Shown here one piece after another: positions 31,993 through 43,989 of a stretch of 64,000 bases of DNA. Under the pieces are notes generated by a model, which had not been told where the DNA came from, did no database searches, and saw only the letters and a program-made list of their open reading frames with translations. The number at the start of each line of letters is the position of its first letter. Position 1 is the stretch's first letter. Origin of the DNA: an uncultured delta proteobacterium. GTDB taxonomy: Bacteria > Desulfobacterota > Zymogenia > Zymogenales > Zymogenaceae. Location of the stretch: positions 992,001 through 1,056,000 of the forward strand of contig CAVTLK010000001.1 in assembly GCA_963735595.1 (NCBI GenBank). The letters are read 5' to 3'. Made by a program: the position numbers and the translations under genes.

Positions 31993-32367
31993 ATGAAGAT
32001 TGCGATTACCGCCAGGGGAGATGAGCTCTCCTCCGAGATGGACGAGCGGTTCGGCAGATGCGCGTACTTTATAGTCGTGGATGCCGACAACCCCGGTGTT
32101 TTCAAAGCGATAACGAATGACGCCGCCGATGCCGGCGGAGGTGCAGGAATCAGGGCGGCTCAGACGGTTATTGACGCCGGGGCCCAAGCGGTCGTATCGG
32201 GGAACTTCGGCCCAAAGGCCTTCGACGCGCTATCGGCGGGAGATGTGAAGCTCTACGCCGTTTCCGCGTCCACCGTACAGGAGGCGCTCGATATCTTCCG
32301 GGCAAATAAGGCCCGGCTGCTGGAATCCGCTACCGCCGCGGCCCATGCGGGGCTAAAGCGGATTTGA
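31993..32367 (+). CDS. NifB/NifX family Orange protein (ORP)-like
   Basis: MKIAITA...DERFGRCAYF...GGGAGIRAAQ...GNFGPKAF. Confidence 0.9.
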   Translation: MKIAITARGDELSSEMDERFGRCAYFIVVDADNPGVFKAITNDAADAGGGAGIRAAQTVIDAGAQAVVSGNFGPKAFDALSAGDVKLYAVSASTVQEALDIFRANKARLLESATAAAHAGLKRI

Positions 32368-32939
32368 GGGGGTTTCTATTGTCGAAGGGATCCCCTGGCA
32401 AAGAGCAAGAAGGAAAGGCTATCCGGGGCGACGCCCGGATACCCGGCGAGAAGATCGTGTTTGTTCCCATTGGGATCATCCACAGCGAGCACGTGAGGCC
32501 CGAGGAGACACCCGTCCAGCCCGTATACGCCGGGGGGTGCCCCGGCACCGCCGTGCTGGCCCCGGAATACGCGGAGGGGCTCAGAGATATTGAGGGCTTC
32601 TCTCACCTGCTGCTCCTCTACCACTTTCACAGGTCCGGGGCTTTCTCGCTCGTGGTCAAGCCCTTCCTGGACGACACCCCGCGCGGCCTGTTTGCAACCC
32701 GGCACCCATGCCGTCCCAACGGCATCGGCCTCAGTATAGTACGGCTTATTCGTCGCGAGGGGGCAACGCTCTATCTTGAAGACGTCGACATACTGGACAG
32801 AACCCCACTTCTGGACATAAAACCCTTCTTGCCCGGATGCGACATCCCCGGGGACACGCGGGGAGGATGGACCGAGCGGCTCGATCCGGACGAAAGCAGG
32901 CGGAGGGGCCGGCGGGGATATAGAGGACAAAAGCCTTAA
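32364..32939 (+). CDS. tsaA: TrmO/TsaA-like SAM-binding tRNA methyltransferase
   Basis: PIGIIHS, GLRDIEGFSH, GLFATRHPCRPNGIGLS, TPLLDIKP. Confidence 0.85.
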   Translation: MRGFLLSKGSPGKEQEGKAIRGDARIPGEKIVFVPIGIIHSEHVRPEETPVQPVYAGGCPGTAVLAPEYAEGLRDIEGFSHLLLLYHFHRSGAFSLVVKPFLDDTPRGLFATRHPCRPNGIGLSIVRLIRREGATLYLEDVDILDRTPLLDIKPFLPGCDIPGDTRGGWTERLDPDESRRRGRRGYRGQKP

Positions 32940-32960
32940 GAAAAACGGAGAAATCTGGTC

Positions 32961-33836
32961 ATGAGAATTGCGGTGGCAAGCGGAAAAGGTGGGACGGGCA
33001 AAACTACGGTCGCGGTCAACCTTGCCGTAGTAGCAAGAGAGTTTATCAACGATGTTCAGTACGTCGATTGTGACGTGGAGGAGCCGGATGGTCACCTCTT
33101 TTTGAAACCACAGATCAGGAAGACGACACCCGCCGTCGTGATGGTTCCGGTCGTCGACGGGGCACGGTGTGATCTCTGCGGCCGTTGTGCCGAGGCGTGC
33201 CGCTTCAACGCCCTGTTGGTCACGAAGAAGAACGTGCTGGTATTCCCCGAGCTCTGTCACGGGTGCGGTGCCTGTATGATCGTCTGCCCGTATGGGGCTA
33301 TAAAGGAATCGACCCGCGAGATCGGGGTAATCGAAACGGGTTCGGCGGTCGTCGGGAAAAACGGGTTTTTCAATCGCAGAATCGACTATCGCGCGGGCGT
33401 ACTCAACGTGGGCGAGCACATGGCAACCCCTCTGGTGAGATCGGTAAAGGAGAAAACGGTCGGAAAGAGAATATCGATTATTGACGCGTCACCGGGGACA
33501 TCGTGTCCCGTAATCGAGGCGGTGAGGGACTGTGATTTCGTGGTGCTGGTGACCGAACCGACCCCGTTCGGCCTCTCCGACCTCAGGCTTGCCGTCGGGA
33601 TGACCAAAAGCCTCGGGCTTCCCCTGGGGATCATCATCAACCGGTCCCAGGGGATCGACGACGAACTCATGGACTACCTCACGGCCGAGAACCTGACGGT
33701 CGTCGGAGAGATCCCCCTGAAAAGGGAGATCGCCGAGATGATATCCCGAGGTGAAATCGTGGTTATGAAAGATAAGTCCATGAAGGTATTGTTTGGTCAG
33801 ATCTTTAAAACAATAAATGATCAAAGAGGAAAATAA
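32961..33836 (+). CDS. MinD-like P-loop ATPase with inserted 2x[4Fe-4S] ferredoxin
   Basis: ASGKGGTGKTT, DCDVEEP, two CxxCxxCxxxC motifs, PGTSCPV, VTEPTPFG. Confidence 0.92.
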   Translation: MRIAVASGKGGTGKTTVAVNLAVVAREFINDVQYVDCDVEEPDGHLFLKPQIRKTTPAVVMVPVVDGARCDLCGRCAEACRFNALLVTKKNVLVFPELCHGCGACMIVCPYGAIKESTREIGVIETGSAVVGKNGFFNRRIDYRAGVLNVGEHMATPLVRSVKEKTVGKRISIIDASPGTSCPVIEAVRDCDFVVLVTEPTPFGLSDLRLAVGMTKSLGLPLGIIINRSQGIDDELMDYLTAENLTVVGEIPLKREIAEMISRGEIVVMKDKSMKVLFGQIFKTINDQRGK

Positions 33837-33838
33837 CC

Positions 33839-35545
33839 ATGGGAAAGAAGATAGTTGTTATCGGTGGTGTGGCGTGCGGGCCGAAGGCCGCCGCCCGGGC
33901 CAGGAGGCTCGACCCCGAGGCCGAGATCACCATTATCGAGAAAGGTGAGATGCTTTCCTACGCCGGATGTGGCCTTCCCTACTTTCTCTCGGGGGACGTT
34001 AAAGACGTGAAAGGTCTCATGGAGACGCCGGTGGGGGTTGTGAGAGACACGGTTTTCTTCAAGAATGTCAAGGATATCAACGTCCTCAACAGGACGCTGG
34101 CCGATTCGATCGACCGAAAAAAAAAGGTCGTCCACATGCTTAACATCAAGAGCGGTGAACGTTCGGAGATTTCCTACGACAAGCTGGTTATCGCGACGGG
34201 GGGGGCGCCCGTCTTGCCGCCGATACCGGGCCGCGATTCGCTCAACAACGTCTTTACCCTCTGCTCCCAGGCATGCGTCGAGGACGCCATGATGATCGAC
34301 CGGGCATTGGGCAAAGAAGATATCAAGCGGGCGGTTATTATTGGTGGTGGTCTCATCGGTCTTGAGGTTACCGAGGCGCTCGTGAGACGGGGGCTTGCCG
34401 TTACGGTCGTCGAGATGCTTAACCGAATACTCCCCAACATCTTTGACTGGGAGATGAGCGCCTTCTTGACCCGGTGCCTCGTTGAAAAGGGGGTCGTTGT
34501 CATGACCGGGACGAAGGTGAGCGAGTTGAAGGGAGACGGAGCGGGCGACGTAACGCATGTCGTTACGGACAAGGGCGAGATCCCCGCGGACTTCGTGCTC
34601 GTGTCGGTGGGCGTTAGGCCGAACGTAAAGCTCGCAGCGGATTGCGGCCTCACTGTCGGGCAGCTGGGCGGAATAGTCATCGACGAAGAGATGCGAACCT
34701 CCGATCCCGACATCTACGCCGGCGGTGACTGCGTGGAACAGGTTGGGATCGTCCACGGACAGCGGGTGTTTGCTCCCATGGGGTCGACGGCCAACAAGCA
34801 CGGCCGCGTCATCGGGACTAATGTTGTCGGAGGCAAAGATGTTTTTAAGGGAGTGTGCGGCACCGCTATCGTTAAGGTCTTTGACTGCACTGCGGCCTCG
34901 ACGGGGCTTACCGAAGTTGCGGCACAAAAAGCGGGTTTTGACGTTGAGACGATCCTCTCCCCCTCTCCCGACAAGGCCCACTTCTATCCAGGGGCAAAGC
35001 CTATCGCCATCAAACTCGTCGCCGACAAAAAGAGCCGGAGACTCCTCGGAGCCCAGATCATGGGCCCGGGCGACGTGGATAAGCGCATCGACGTGGCGGC
35101 GACCGCGGTCGGGTTCGGGGCCACGGTCGATCAGGTGGCCAATCTGGATCTCGGGTATGCCCCGCCCTATTCCCCGGCAATGGACAACATCATCACCGCT
35201 GCAAACATCGTGAGGAATAAACTCGACGGGCTGGCCAAGAGCGTGACGCCGATGGAGGCGATGGATAGAATCAAACGTGGTACAGACTGCCTGTTCCTGG
35301 ATGTCCGGATGCCCGCCGAGCTCGACGAGCAGGGGCGGCTACCCTCGGACAAGGTCGCGCATATCCCGCTGGGCAAGCTCCGCATGGAGGCCCATACGCT
35401 CCCAAAGGATAAGGAGATCATCGCCTTCTGCAAGATCAGCCTCAGGGGCTACGAGGCGGCTAAGACGCTCGAGGGGCTTGGTTTCAAGGATGTTAAGTTC
35501 CTGGACGGTGGCATTTTAATGTGGCCCTATGAGAAAAGGAAATAG
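33839..35545 (+). CDS. CoA-disulfide/persulfide reductase with C-terminal rhodanese
   Basis: IGGVACG, SYAGCGLPY, GGGLIGLE, YAPPYS, rhodanese DVR...CKISLRG. Confidence 0.9.
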   Translation: MGKKIVVIGGVACGPKAAARARRLDPEAEITIIEKGEMLSYAGCGLPYFLSGDVKDVKGLMETPVGVVRDTVFFKNVKDINVLNRTLADSIDRKKKVVHMLNIKSGERSEISYDKLVIATGGAPVLPPIPGRDSLNNVFTLCSQACVEDAMMIDRALGKEDIKRAVIIGGGLIGLEVTEALVRRGLAVTVVEMLNRILPNIFDWEMSAFLTRCLVEKGVVVMTGTKVSELKGDGAGDVTHVVTDKGEIPADFVLVSVGVRPNVKLAADCGLTVGQLGGIVIDEEMRTSDPDIYAGGDCVEQVGIVHGQRVFAPMGSTANKHGRVIGTNVVGGKDVFKGVCGTAIVKVFDCTAASTGLTEVAAQKAGFDVETILSPSPDKAHFYPGAKPIAIKLVADKKSRRLLGAQIMGPGDVDKRIDVAATAVGFGATVDQVANLDLGYAPPYSPAMDNIITAANIVRNKLDGLAKSVTPMEAMDRIKRGTDCLFLDVRMPAELDEQGRLPSDKVAHIPLGKLRMEAHTLPKDKEIIAFCKISLRGYEAAKTLEGLGFKDVKFLDGGILMWPYEKRK

Positions 35546-35617
35546 GTTAAGTCATTCTGGATAGGTAACCCATATCCATGTGGTGTCAAAACTCACTGGA
35601 AGGAAATCAATGCTGAC

Positions 35618-36049
35618 ATGAGTGATTCTTACACCAATCTTGTTCTCGATCATTTCAAGAATCCGAGGAACGTCGGGATCATTGAACATCCCGACATCCA
35701 TGTCCGGGTCGGTGACCCGACATGCGGCGATTCGATGGAGCTCTTCGTGAGTACTGACGGGACTGTCTCCACCGTCAAGGATATCAGCTATCTCGTCTAC
35801 GGATGCCCGGCGGCCATCGCCACGTCGAGCGTCGCCACGGAAATGATGAAGGGAAAAGACGTCCCGTACTGCCTTTCCCTGACCGACGATGATATTGTTG
35901 AGGCCCTCGGTGCCCTGCCCGAAGGCAAGAAACACTGCTCTCTGATGGTATTAATAGCGTTCAGGGCGGCTATTAAATGGATTAGGGACAACAACAAGGT
36001 GGAAGAGGGATACGTCTCAGAGGGTATCGCTGTTAGCAAACAAGGATAA
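35618..36049 (+). CDS. IscU/NifU-N Fe-S scaffold
   Basis: LDHFKNPRNVG, CGD, GCPAAIA, KKHCS. Confidence 0.9.
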   Translation: MSDSYTNLVLDHFKNPRNVGIIEHPDIHVRVGDPTCGDSMELFVSTDGTVSTVKDISYLVYGCPAAIATSSVATEMMKGKDVPYCLSLTDDDIVEALGALPEGKKHCSLMVLIAFRAAIKWIRDNNKVEEGYVSEGIAVSKQG

Positions 36050-36075
36050 CACAAGAAACGATACAGGATCGAGAA

Positions 36076-36987
36076 ATGGAACAAGTCGTCATAATCAGTG
36101 GCAAGGGTGGGACCGGCAAGACAACCGTTTGCGCCGCAATCTCCCAACTTCTCGAAAGCAAGGTTATCTGCGATGCAGACGTCGACGCGGCAAATCTGCA
36201 CCTCCTCCTCTCGCCACAGGTAAAGGAGACGAGGAATTTTTTCGGGAGCGAGCGACCGGCCGTCGACCTGAAGAAATGCTCGCGTTGCCGCCGATGCGTC
36301 GATGCCTGCCGTTTCGACGCCTTCCTCACCGATGCGGAGGGCTTTCCTCATGTGCGGGAGGAATATTGCGAAGGATGCGCCGCCTGTGTGCAGGTATGCC
36401 GTCCCCTGGCCATCACAATGGTCCCTCACAAGTCGGGCGAGTTCTATATCTCGGAAACGGCGGCAGGACCGATGGTTCACGCACGCCTCGGAATCGCCGA
36501 GGACAACTCCGGCCGGCTCGTCAGCGAGGTCCGCAAGGCGGCGGCGAAGATCGCTCAGGAAAGGGGGCTATCCACCGTACTTATCGACGGCCCCCCCGGG
36601 ATCGGGTGCCCCGTCATCGCTTCCATAACCGGGACGAGCCTTGCCGTGGCGGTGACGGAGCCCACGGTCAGCGGCGCCCACGACCTGACGAGGATCCTCG
36701 CGTTGACGACCCATTTTGAAGTCCCCGCATTGGTTGTTATCAATAAGTATGATATAAATATGGACATGTCTGAGAAAATAATGCGCGAAGCCGAAAGCAT
36801 AGGTTCTCCGGTCGTCGGAAAGATTCCCTATCACGAGGCGGTAATCGATGCGGTGAGAAAAAAGAAGACTCTGATCGAGTCAGGGCCGGAGAACGTAAGA
36901 AAAGAAATTATCGCGATATTCGGTGAGATAGAGAAACGGTTGAACGGTCACCTTCCTGAGGGTGAATCCATTGACGGAGATAAATAG
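36076..36987 (+). CDS. Second MinD-like P-loop ATPase with inserted ferredoxin
   Basis: ISGKGGTGKTT, DADVDAANL, two Cys clusters, DGPPGIGCPVIAS. Confidence 0.92.
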   Translation: MEQVVIISGKGGTGKTTVCAAISQLLESKVICDADVDAANLHLLLSPQVKETRNFFGSERPAVDLKKCSRCRRCVDACRFDAFLTDAEGFPHVREEYCEGCAACVQVCRPLAITMVPHKSGEFYISETAAGPMVHARLGIAEDNSGRLVSEVRKAAAKIAQERGLSTVLIDGPPGIGCPVIASITGTSLAVAVTEPTVSGAHDLTRILALTTHFEVPALVVINKYDINMDMSEKIMREAESIGSPVVGKIPYHEAVIDAVRKKKTLIESGPENVRKEIIAIFGEIEKRLNGHLPEGESIDGDK

Positions 36988-37895
36988 TGAAAAAGCGGAA
37001 CATATTCGGAAAAATCTTAGGCATAAAATTAGTGATCATTCTCACTCTCTTTCTGATCTCACTGCTTTCATTGAGCTACGCCGTGGTCTCATTACTATAT
37101 GGCGAGTCAAAAAGGGACGTTAAGTTGCCGACGTTCTTGGGAAACAAACAGGACAATATTGATTTACTCAAGAAAACCGATTCCGGTTCTACCCCCTTCT
37201 CCTTCTTTATAGCGGGAGATATACAGCAAAACGATTTCTTTCCTGCCGTTTATCGCGACAACATTAACGATGACTCGCCGGAATTTGGCGTTCTATTAGG
37301 TGACAACGTGAGACCCGCTACCATGGAATCTCATAATTCATTCATGCTGGACTTCGCAACCTGGGGGGTTAAGGAGCCGGTATTTCTCGTCTGCGGTAAT
37401 CACGATATCGTTACTAAGAAAGATATGGCTCGAAACAGACGGTATTCCTTTACCTTGGATGATTTCGAAAAGACCTACGGCCCGGCCGATTTTTCTTTCA
37501 CGTATCACGGCTGCCTGTTTATTATTCTCAATAACATCGACACCGACAGCCACGTCGCGTACCTTGCCGATACCCTCTCGCACAGGAAGAAAGACACCCT
37601 CATGACCTTCGTTTTTATACATATACCGGCGCACACAATCTCTCCTAAAATCAAGAGCAGGAAAATGCTGGGAGAACAAGAGTTCCTGTCTATGATTAAA
37701 GACTACAACGTCGACTATGTCATCTCGGGGGATTTTCATTCCTATTTTCGTGCTGGAGTCGGGAATACAGTCTTCCTTATCTCGGGGGGCGGAATGGATA
37801 GAATGGGTGATAATAAGCAGAACAGAAAAGGCGCGTATCACGCCATGCTCATCCAGGTCGACCCGATCACGAAAGACGTGGCCGAGCGGATATAA
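36987..37895 (+). CDS. Membrane-anchored metallophosphoesterase (possibly truncated by the junction)
   Basis: GDIQ, LGDNV, GNHD, FIHIP, SGDFHSY. Confidence 0.82.
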   Translation: MKKRNIFGKILGIKLVIILTLFLISLLSLSYAVVSLLYGESKRDVKLPTFLGNKQDNIDLLKKTDSGSTPFSFFIAGDIQQNDFFPAVYRDNINDDSPEFGVLLGDNVRPATMESHNSFMLDFATWGVKEPVFLVCGNHDIVTKKDMARNRRYSFTLDDFEKTYGPADFSFTYHGCLFIILNNIDTDSHVAYLADTLSHRKKDTLMTFVFIHIPAHTISPKIKSRKMLGEQEFLSMIKDYNVDYVISGDFHSYFRAGVGNTVFLISGGGMDRMGDNKQNRKGAYHAMLIQVDPITKDVAERI

Positions 37896-37936
37896 TACCC
37901 GGCATGACTACAAAGAATCTTAACCTGTTATATTAC

Positions 37937-37999
37937 GTCCCTATGGGACTTGGGTTCACGTATTATTTAATGCTACCGACAGTATGTCCCTAACGGGAC
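37937..37999. repeat. Pair of short REP-like hairpins
   Basis: GTCCC-TAT-GGGAC (37937-37949) and GTCCC-TAAC-GGGAC (37986-37999). Confidence 0.55.
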
Positions 38000-38065
38000 G
38001 GCGAACCTATTTTCTGTAACAATTTCAGTCTTCAAAAGTCAACTATATTAAATTTTACTACTATT

Positions 38066-38133
38066 TAACCAGTTGTGCGGATAATTTTTTTTACGGCTTT
38101 TTTGTTTTTGAACTGACAACCGCACAACGGTTA
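38066..38133. repeat. Imperfect inverted repeat downstream of GH92
   Basis: TAACCAGTTGTGCGG versus CCGCACAACGGTTA (one bulge); CAACGGTTACTA recurs near 40598. Confidence 0.45.
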
Positions 38134-38187
38134 CTATTTAATTTAATACTATTGTATGCAATCCTGTAATCCAATTCAAAATTTAAA

Positions 38188-40570
38188 TCAATTTTTTGTA
38201 CTCATCGAAGGTGGTGGCACTGCAATACCCCATGTGGTATTTGGCTGTTCCCCCATTTCGAAAATCAAGGTACCCCCATCGGTCAGTTTCTTACGGTCGA
38301 TCCAGCAATTTTCTATTTTCATTTTATTGAGGGATGCAGCTTGTATGTAACTACTTATTCTTTAGAGTTGTTGGTGGTTTCAATAACCAGTTGCTTCCCG
38401 GAATAATATTTCGGATCGAGCCGGATGGTCACTTTATCAAACAATGGGCTGCCAAACTGAAAAGTGGGGTTCATGGATGCATGTCCCTGTACATCAAACA
38501 ATCCAAGTGCCGCCATCACATACCAGGCACCCAATTGCCCCTGGTCTTCATCCTGCCCAACACCATATCCACGCAGCGGTTCTGTTCCATAAAATTCATC
38601 GCAAATGGCCCTTGTCCATTTTTGGGTTAGCCAGGGCTTACCACTGTAATTGAATAACCACGAATTGTGCAAACAGGGCTGGTTGCCATGATTGTATTGT
38701 TTGTCAATTCCGGAGAAGCTGTTGATTTCATCTCGCCACCGCCAAACTTGCTTTTTTGTGCGCTCTCAAACATGTCTCCAGCCGCTGGTTAAATAATTCT
38801 TTTCCCATTAACCGGATAAGACCTTCCACATCATGCGGAACATACCAGGTATATTGAAAAGCGTTTCCTTCCTGAAATCCATCCCAGGCTTTCATCGGAT
38901 CAAATTTTTGAATAAATGATCCATCTTCCCTTTTTGGACGAATGTATTTTGTTTCTCGATCAAATAAATTTTGATAATGCCCAGCCTGTTTCATCAGCTT
39001 TTCATAATCTGCTTTATGTCCCAATGCTTTTGACATTTGTGCAACTGCATAAGAACTATACGCATATTCCAGCGTGTGTGATGCGCCAAAATTAAATACC
39101 CAACCATTTGATAGCGTGGTATCTTTGTATGGCACATAACCGTTCTTAATGAAATACCTCAAATCGTATTTCCCGTTTCCAAGGTTTCGGCCATTGAATT
39201 CCATTTCATTCTTTAAAGCCGCTTCGTAACCCGTTCTTCACATCAAAGTCCCTGATTCCGCAATTATAGGCCGATGCCAGCAATAAACCCTGGAAATTGG
39301 TTTGAACACCATTGGTATAAATACCTGCTGCTTCACCATCATGCAACCAGCCGCGGGTTTTATAATAATCGATATTTGATTGCACATATTCTTTGAAATA
39401 GTCGGGATAGGCCAAAGCCCAGAGCTGGCTCAGGTTCCAGAACCCACCCCATATTCCATCGGTGTTGTAATGATGGTGTTTGGGTTTTCCGGATTCATCC
39501 AGTGGGATCTGCCCAATGCCGCCATCTACCAATGGATATTGTCCGTTTACATCGCTGGAAATACCGCGGCCCAATAGAGCATGATACAGGCCGGTGTAGA
39601 ATTTCACCTTGTTAAGACTGTCGCGGTCCTCCACATGAATCCGGCCCAGTTTCTCATTCCAGGCATCTTTTGCTATTTTGCGAACAGCATCAAAAGACTT
39701 TCCCGTGGCCTCTGTTTTCCGATTCAACCGGGCATTCTCAATGGAGGTATAACTCAGTCCGGTTGTAATTTCCAACACCTCGTTTTTTTGCATACTGAAA
39801 TTCAGAAACAGGCCATTACCAATGCCTTTGGTTTCGGAAACGCCGGCAAATTGAATTGAATCTACAAAAGAGCCTGTTGCTGTGGGGCGTTTGCTTAAAT
39901 GTGCCACGAAGTACATTTTTACTTTTTTATCCGGGTCACAAAATTTGGCATATTCTGGATAAGTCTCTATATACCCTTCCACTTCATTTCCATTCACAAG
40001 TTTTGCATAAGCATCTGTAACGCCACTGCTTTCGCCTTGCCGGTGCCCGATGTCTATAACAAGATGCGCTTCCTTAGTTTCAGGAAAAGTATATCGATGA
40101 AATCCCACCCTTTCGGTGGCGGTTATTTCTGCCTTAATTCCATAATCTTTCAGTATCACTGAATAGTACCCGGGCACGGCATGTTCCGATTCCTTGTCGA
40201 AACGGGAACGATACCCCCCATCCGGATTTTCGAGCGTTCCCGGAATGGTTTGCACAGCACCAACCGTTGGCATAAAAACCAGTCCTCCAATTTGAAATTC
40301 ATGAAAATGACCAAAGCCTTCGATCGAGTTGTGCCGGTCATCGTACCCACAGGGCCCCCAACTTCCTGCACTTCCGTAGGCATTGGTGTGCGGTGCCAGC
40401 TTGGCCATTCCAAAAGGCATGGATGCAGGTGTATAGAAAAACCATCGGCCATGTACTGAGCCAATCTGCGGATCAACATAAGCAGAGGGATTAAAAGGAT
40501 CGTTTTTTACTTGTGCAGTACCTGCAAAAACAAGCAATAACAAACACAATATCGAATAGCCATTTTTCAT
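38188..40570 (-). CDS. GH92 alpha-mannosidase, frameshifted
   Basis: PFGMAKLAPHT, GFGHFH, TERVGFHRYTF, FQEGNAFQYTWYVPHD, DEDQGQLGAWYV, GSPLF; ends ...PPPSMSTKN*. Confidence 0.9.
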
Positions 40571-40633
40571 TTTTTATTATTTAATAATTTGCATAAGCAA
40601 CGGTTACTAAAATAATGTCAATCAATTCAGCAT

Positions 40634-43600
40634 TTACATTTTCAATAAAAACTCCGAAACGCCCATTGGCGCCAATTTCGCATTGCCCTCAATTTTTTCT
40701 TTCTGTCCGGAGCTAATATTTGTAATTGATTGAGGCTTTAATGATTTCCAGACAAAACCAGTCTCCTGCACTGATTGCTCAGGATTAAATAAACGAAGCA
40801 GGAAATTCCCATCTTCATCCGGAGTAATGCTGGTAACCACTATTCGGTTATTTGTTAATTCAAAAAGTTGACCCGGTAATATTGTCGCACCGTTTATGGG
40901 CAGTGCTATTAAAGGTTGTGTAAATGAAGCGGCAGCTTTCTCCATCTCCGAAGCATTCAACATACCATGAGGCCGCAATGCATATTTAAAATGACTGATA
41001 CCTCCCTGGTCGGCTTTGTAATTGGTATGCCAGTAATTATTCATTGCATAACTAAACCAGGTGGCTGTTGCTTTCCCCTCTTTTTTCCATTCCTTATGGC
41101 TTTGATCTATTGATCTTCTTTCATCAATCATGCTACCGGGTTCCACCAATGGCGCTTCCAGCAACATCCATTGCATTCCCTTATCTCCGGCAGAAACATC
41201 CAGCCATCTACGGCCATATAAATAATCCATATTTGAACCAGGTAACTGGTCGGCAATAAATTGCATGGTTCCATAACCTGCATCCAGGGTGGTCTTATTT
41301 AGCAATGGATTAAAAGGGAATCCAAAATGAACCGCTTCCTTTTCGCGGATTGCTTTTTTGTCAATGGTGTTTTCAATCAACACTTCACCGGCACCTGCAT
41401 ACAGTGAAATGTTTCTTTCTAATCTGTTTGCTCCCGGCGCCCCCGAACTTATATTAATAGTGGTTACAACCGGGCCATTGGCTATTATCTTTACCTGGAC
41501 ATTGTCATTTGAAACAGCATCTGCCGGATTTAGACCCGGTACATACCAGTAACTATTCAGGCCCTGTTTATTAAAAATTCCAGCAAAATTAAAATCATTA
41601 CCGGTTTGCAAATTTGTTATGCTTCCGTTGTTTTTATTCCAGGTAATCGAAATTTTTCCGTTCGAAAGTGAACTGTCTGTTATTAAAAAAGAAGTAATAG
41701 CTGGTAATACTGTCTTCATCCGTAATTTCATATACAGCAGTTCCCAAAGGCGGCACATCATTTGCCATAAAAACGGACTTTCCATCACTCAATTTTTGCA
41801 ATGGAATTTTTTTGCCGGTAACATCGATAACTGATTTATTACTTTCTGTTGCAGCTATCACTACCGGTCCGCTGCGTTTCCAGGAGGAAGTATTGAATAC
41901 GGCAATTTTTTTTGATTGCGAATGATGGAGTGGTTTCAGCAAGGATTGCTCCAAACTACTAATCTGTTCGGCAGCATCCAGCATAAATTGTTTTTTTATC
42001 CGCCATTGTTCGGTAACAAATGGAATGTCAGGCTGGGTAGTACTGTTATGTGCTCCCCAGGTATGCTCATGAAACATTAGAATGTTTGTCCAGGCTTCAT
42101 AAAATTTTTGCCGGTTAAACTCCTTCGGGTTAAGCATAGAATACAGTGTTGTTAATTGTTGCAGGCGCAGACTATTCAGCCTGTTTTTACCTTCTTCATC
42201 TGCGGTAGAGACAGCACCATCCTCCCAGTAAGGTGAAATATCTCCTTTTACTACCGGGATATTGTTACCATACTTTTGTTCAAAAGCCTCAAATAGTTTA
42301 TCGGTGGTATTTAATACAATTTTTGGTGAGGCATACTTTTCATTCCATTGCTTTACGAATGCCGAAATAGTGGTATCTATGGGCCCGTTATCAGCTACAA
42401 TATTATACCTCCATTGTACCATTTCGTAGGGATATCCATTTTCGGTAAGTTCATTCAGATAACCGGCAATTTTTTTGGGTCCTCTTTCAAATACAGCACC
42501 CGGGCTGGTTCCATGCCAGGAGGAATAACCTTTAGCACCGGTCCAGAACAATACTTTTTCTTCCCCGGAAGGTGAGGTCCACCAAACCGGTTTGTCGGCC
42601 CAGGTTTTTACAAAATGACCGGCCCTGTCGCCCCAATAAGGATGATTTTCACCCATAAAATTGGGACCGCTGGAAAAATATTTCACCCCGCCTTTTGCCA
42701 GGCCGGTTACTGTGGTCCATGCATAACCGGGAATATCGGATATCATTGCACTGTTGATGACAAAACCAAATTCCTTTCTGAGTTGTGCTGCATAATCGGT
42801 GTAATGAAACATTTCCTCCGGTTCACTGATTCCTGTTAGTATATTGGCATACAATGCAGACAAACAAATACTACCTTCTTTTACAGCTCCGACAAATTTT
42901 TCTTTTTGTGCGGGAGTGGCCTGTTTTAAATAATTTTCAACCGCCCAGAGCGATTCAATGTTCCATTTAAATTTTGCTTCGGCGGGATAATCTTTTGGTG
43001 ACTTCAATCATACGCAATGCATCATCAATATTTTTGATGTGAATCTTTAATACCTCAGGCTGCAGATGGGAATAACCAATATCGGTATGTGAATGATGAA
43101 TAAAATGCAGTTCCCGGTAGATCACCGGTCTTAGGGATACAAACCTGTTGACCAATACTTTTTTACCCGCCGAAATATGAATGAACACACTATCCGGTTT
43201 TTGAACACGCAGTAACAGGTATGTCAAAAATGTTTACGCCATCCTTTGCCACAAAAGAATGTGATTCTTTATTATTGATCTTCACCTGTAGTGTTTGGTT
43301 TTCACCAAAATGCAGTGCCGTTAATTCAATGGGTTGCTTACCGTTTTTTAATAGAAAAGGCATCGGATTGATGTCTACCTTCTCTTCAAACGAAAACTTA
43401 AAAGTCATGTACCAGTCATTGCTGTTTTGTGCCTGGCCAACCACTTTTATTTTTACTGCTTGTCCGGCTTTTACCTTACTTACCGGCAAGCGCAGGTAGG
43501 CCATACCATGTGCATCGTTGGCACCATCCCTTTTTGTTTGCTCAAATACCAACCTTGAACTGTCGGGAGCACCAAATGTCCAGTCGGGCATTTGATGTGC

Positions 43601-43960
43601 GGGAAAAGTAGTAAAGGTCAACAGTTTGGTTCCATCCACATATACATCAAAATTACGGTTGCCACTACTGGTGCCGGAAGAATGCGCAGCCACCCAACTG
43701 AAATAAATATATGGGCCTTTTACATTGGATGGAGCTGGTGCAGTTTCCCATTCAATGATTTTGTTACCATTAGTTGTGCGACTTAGCAAAGCGGTAGTCG
43801 CATAATCAGGGAAGGCAGAAAAATAGCTGATATTTTCTCCGCTGATTTCCTTTGCAAAACCATTCACCCAGGTTATTTTACCAAAATAAGGCACTGTTTT
43901 TTGTGATTGTACCTGCAGTGCAAACGTTAACAGTGCAGCAAACAGGAATATATTTTTCAT
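40634..43960 (-). CDS. GH38-like glycoside hydrolase with extra N-terminal domain, frameshifted
   Basis: HHSHTDIGYSH, SDIPGY, PYWEDG, HEHTWG, MNNYWHTNY across four ORF pieces. Confidence 0.82.
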
Positions 43961-43989
43961 GAAAAACTAATTTTATAGATTTCAAAATA

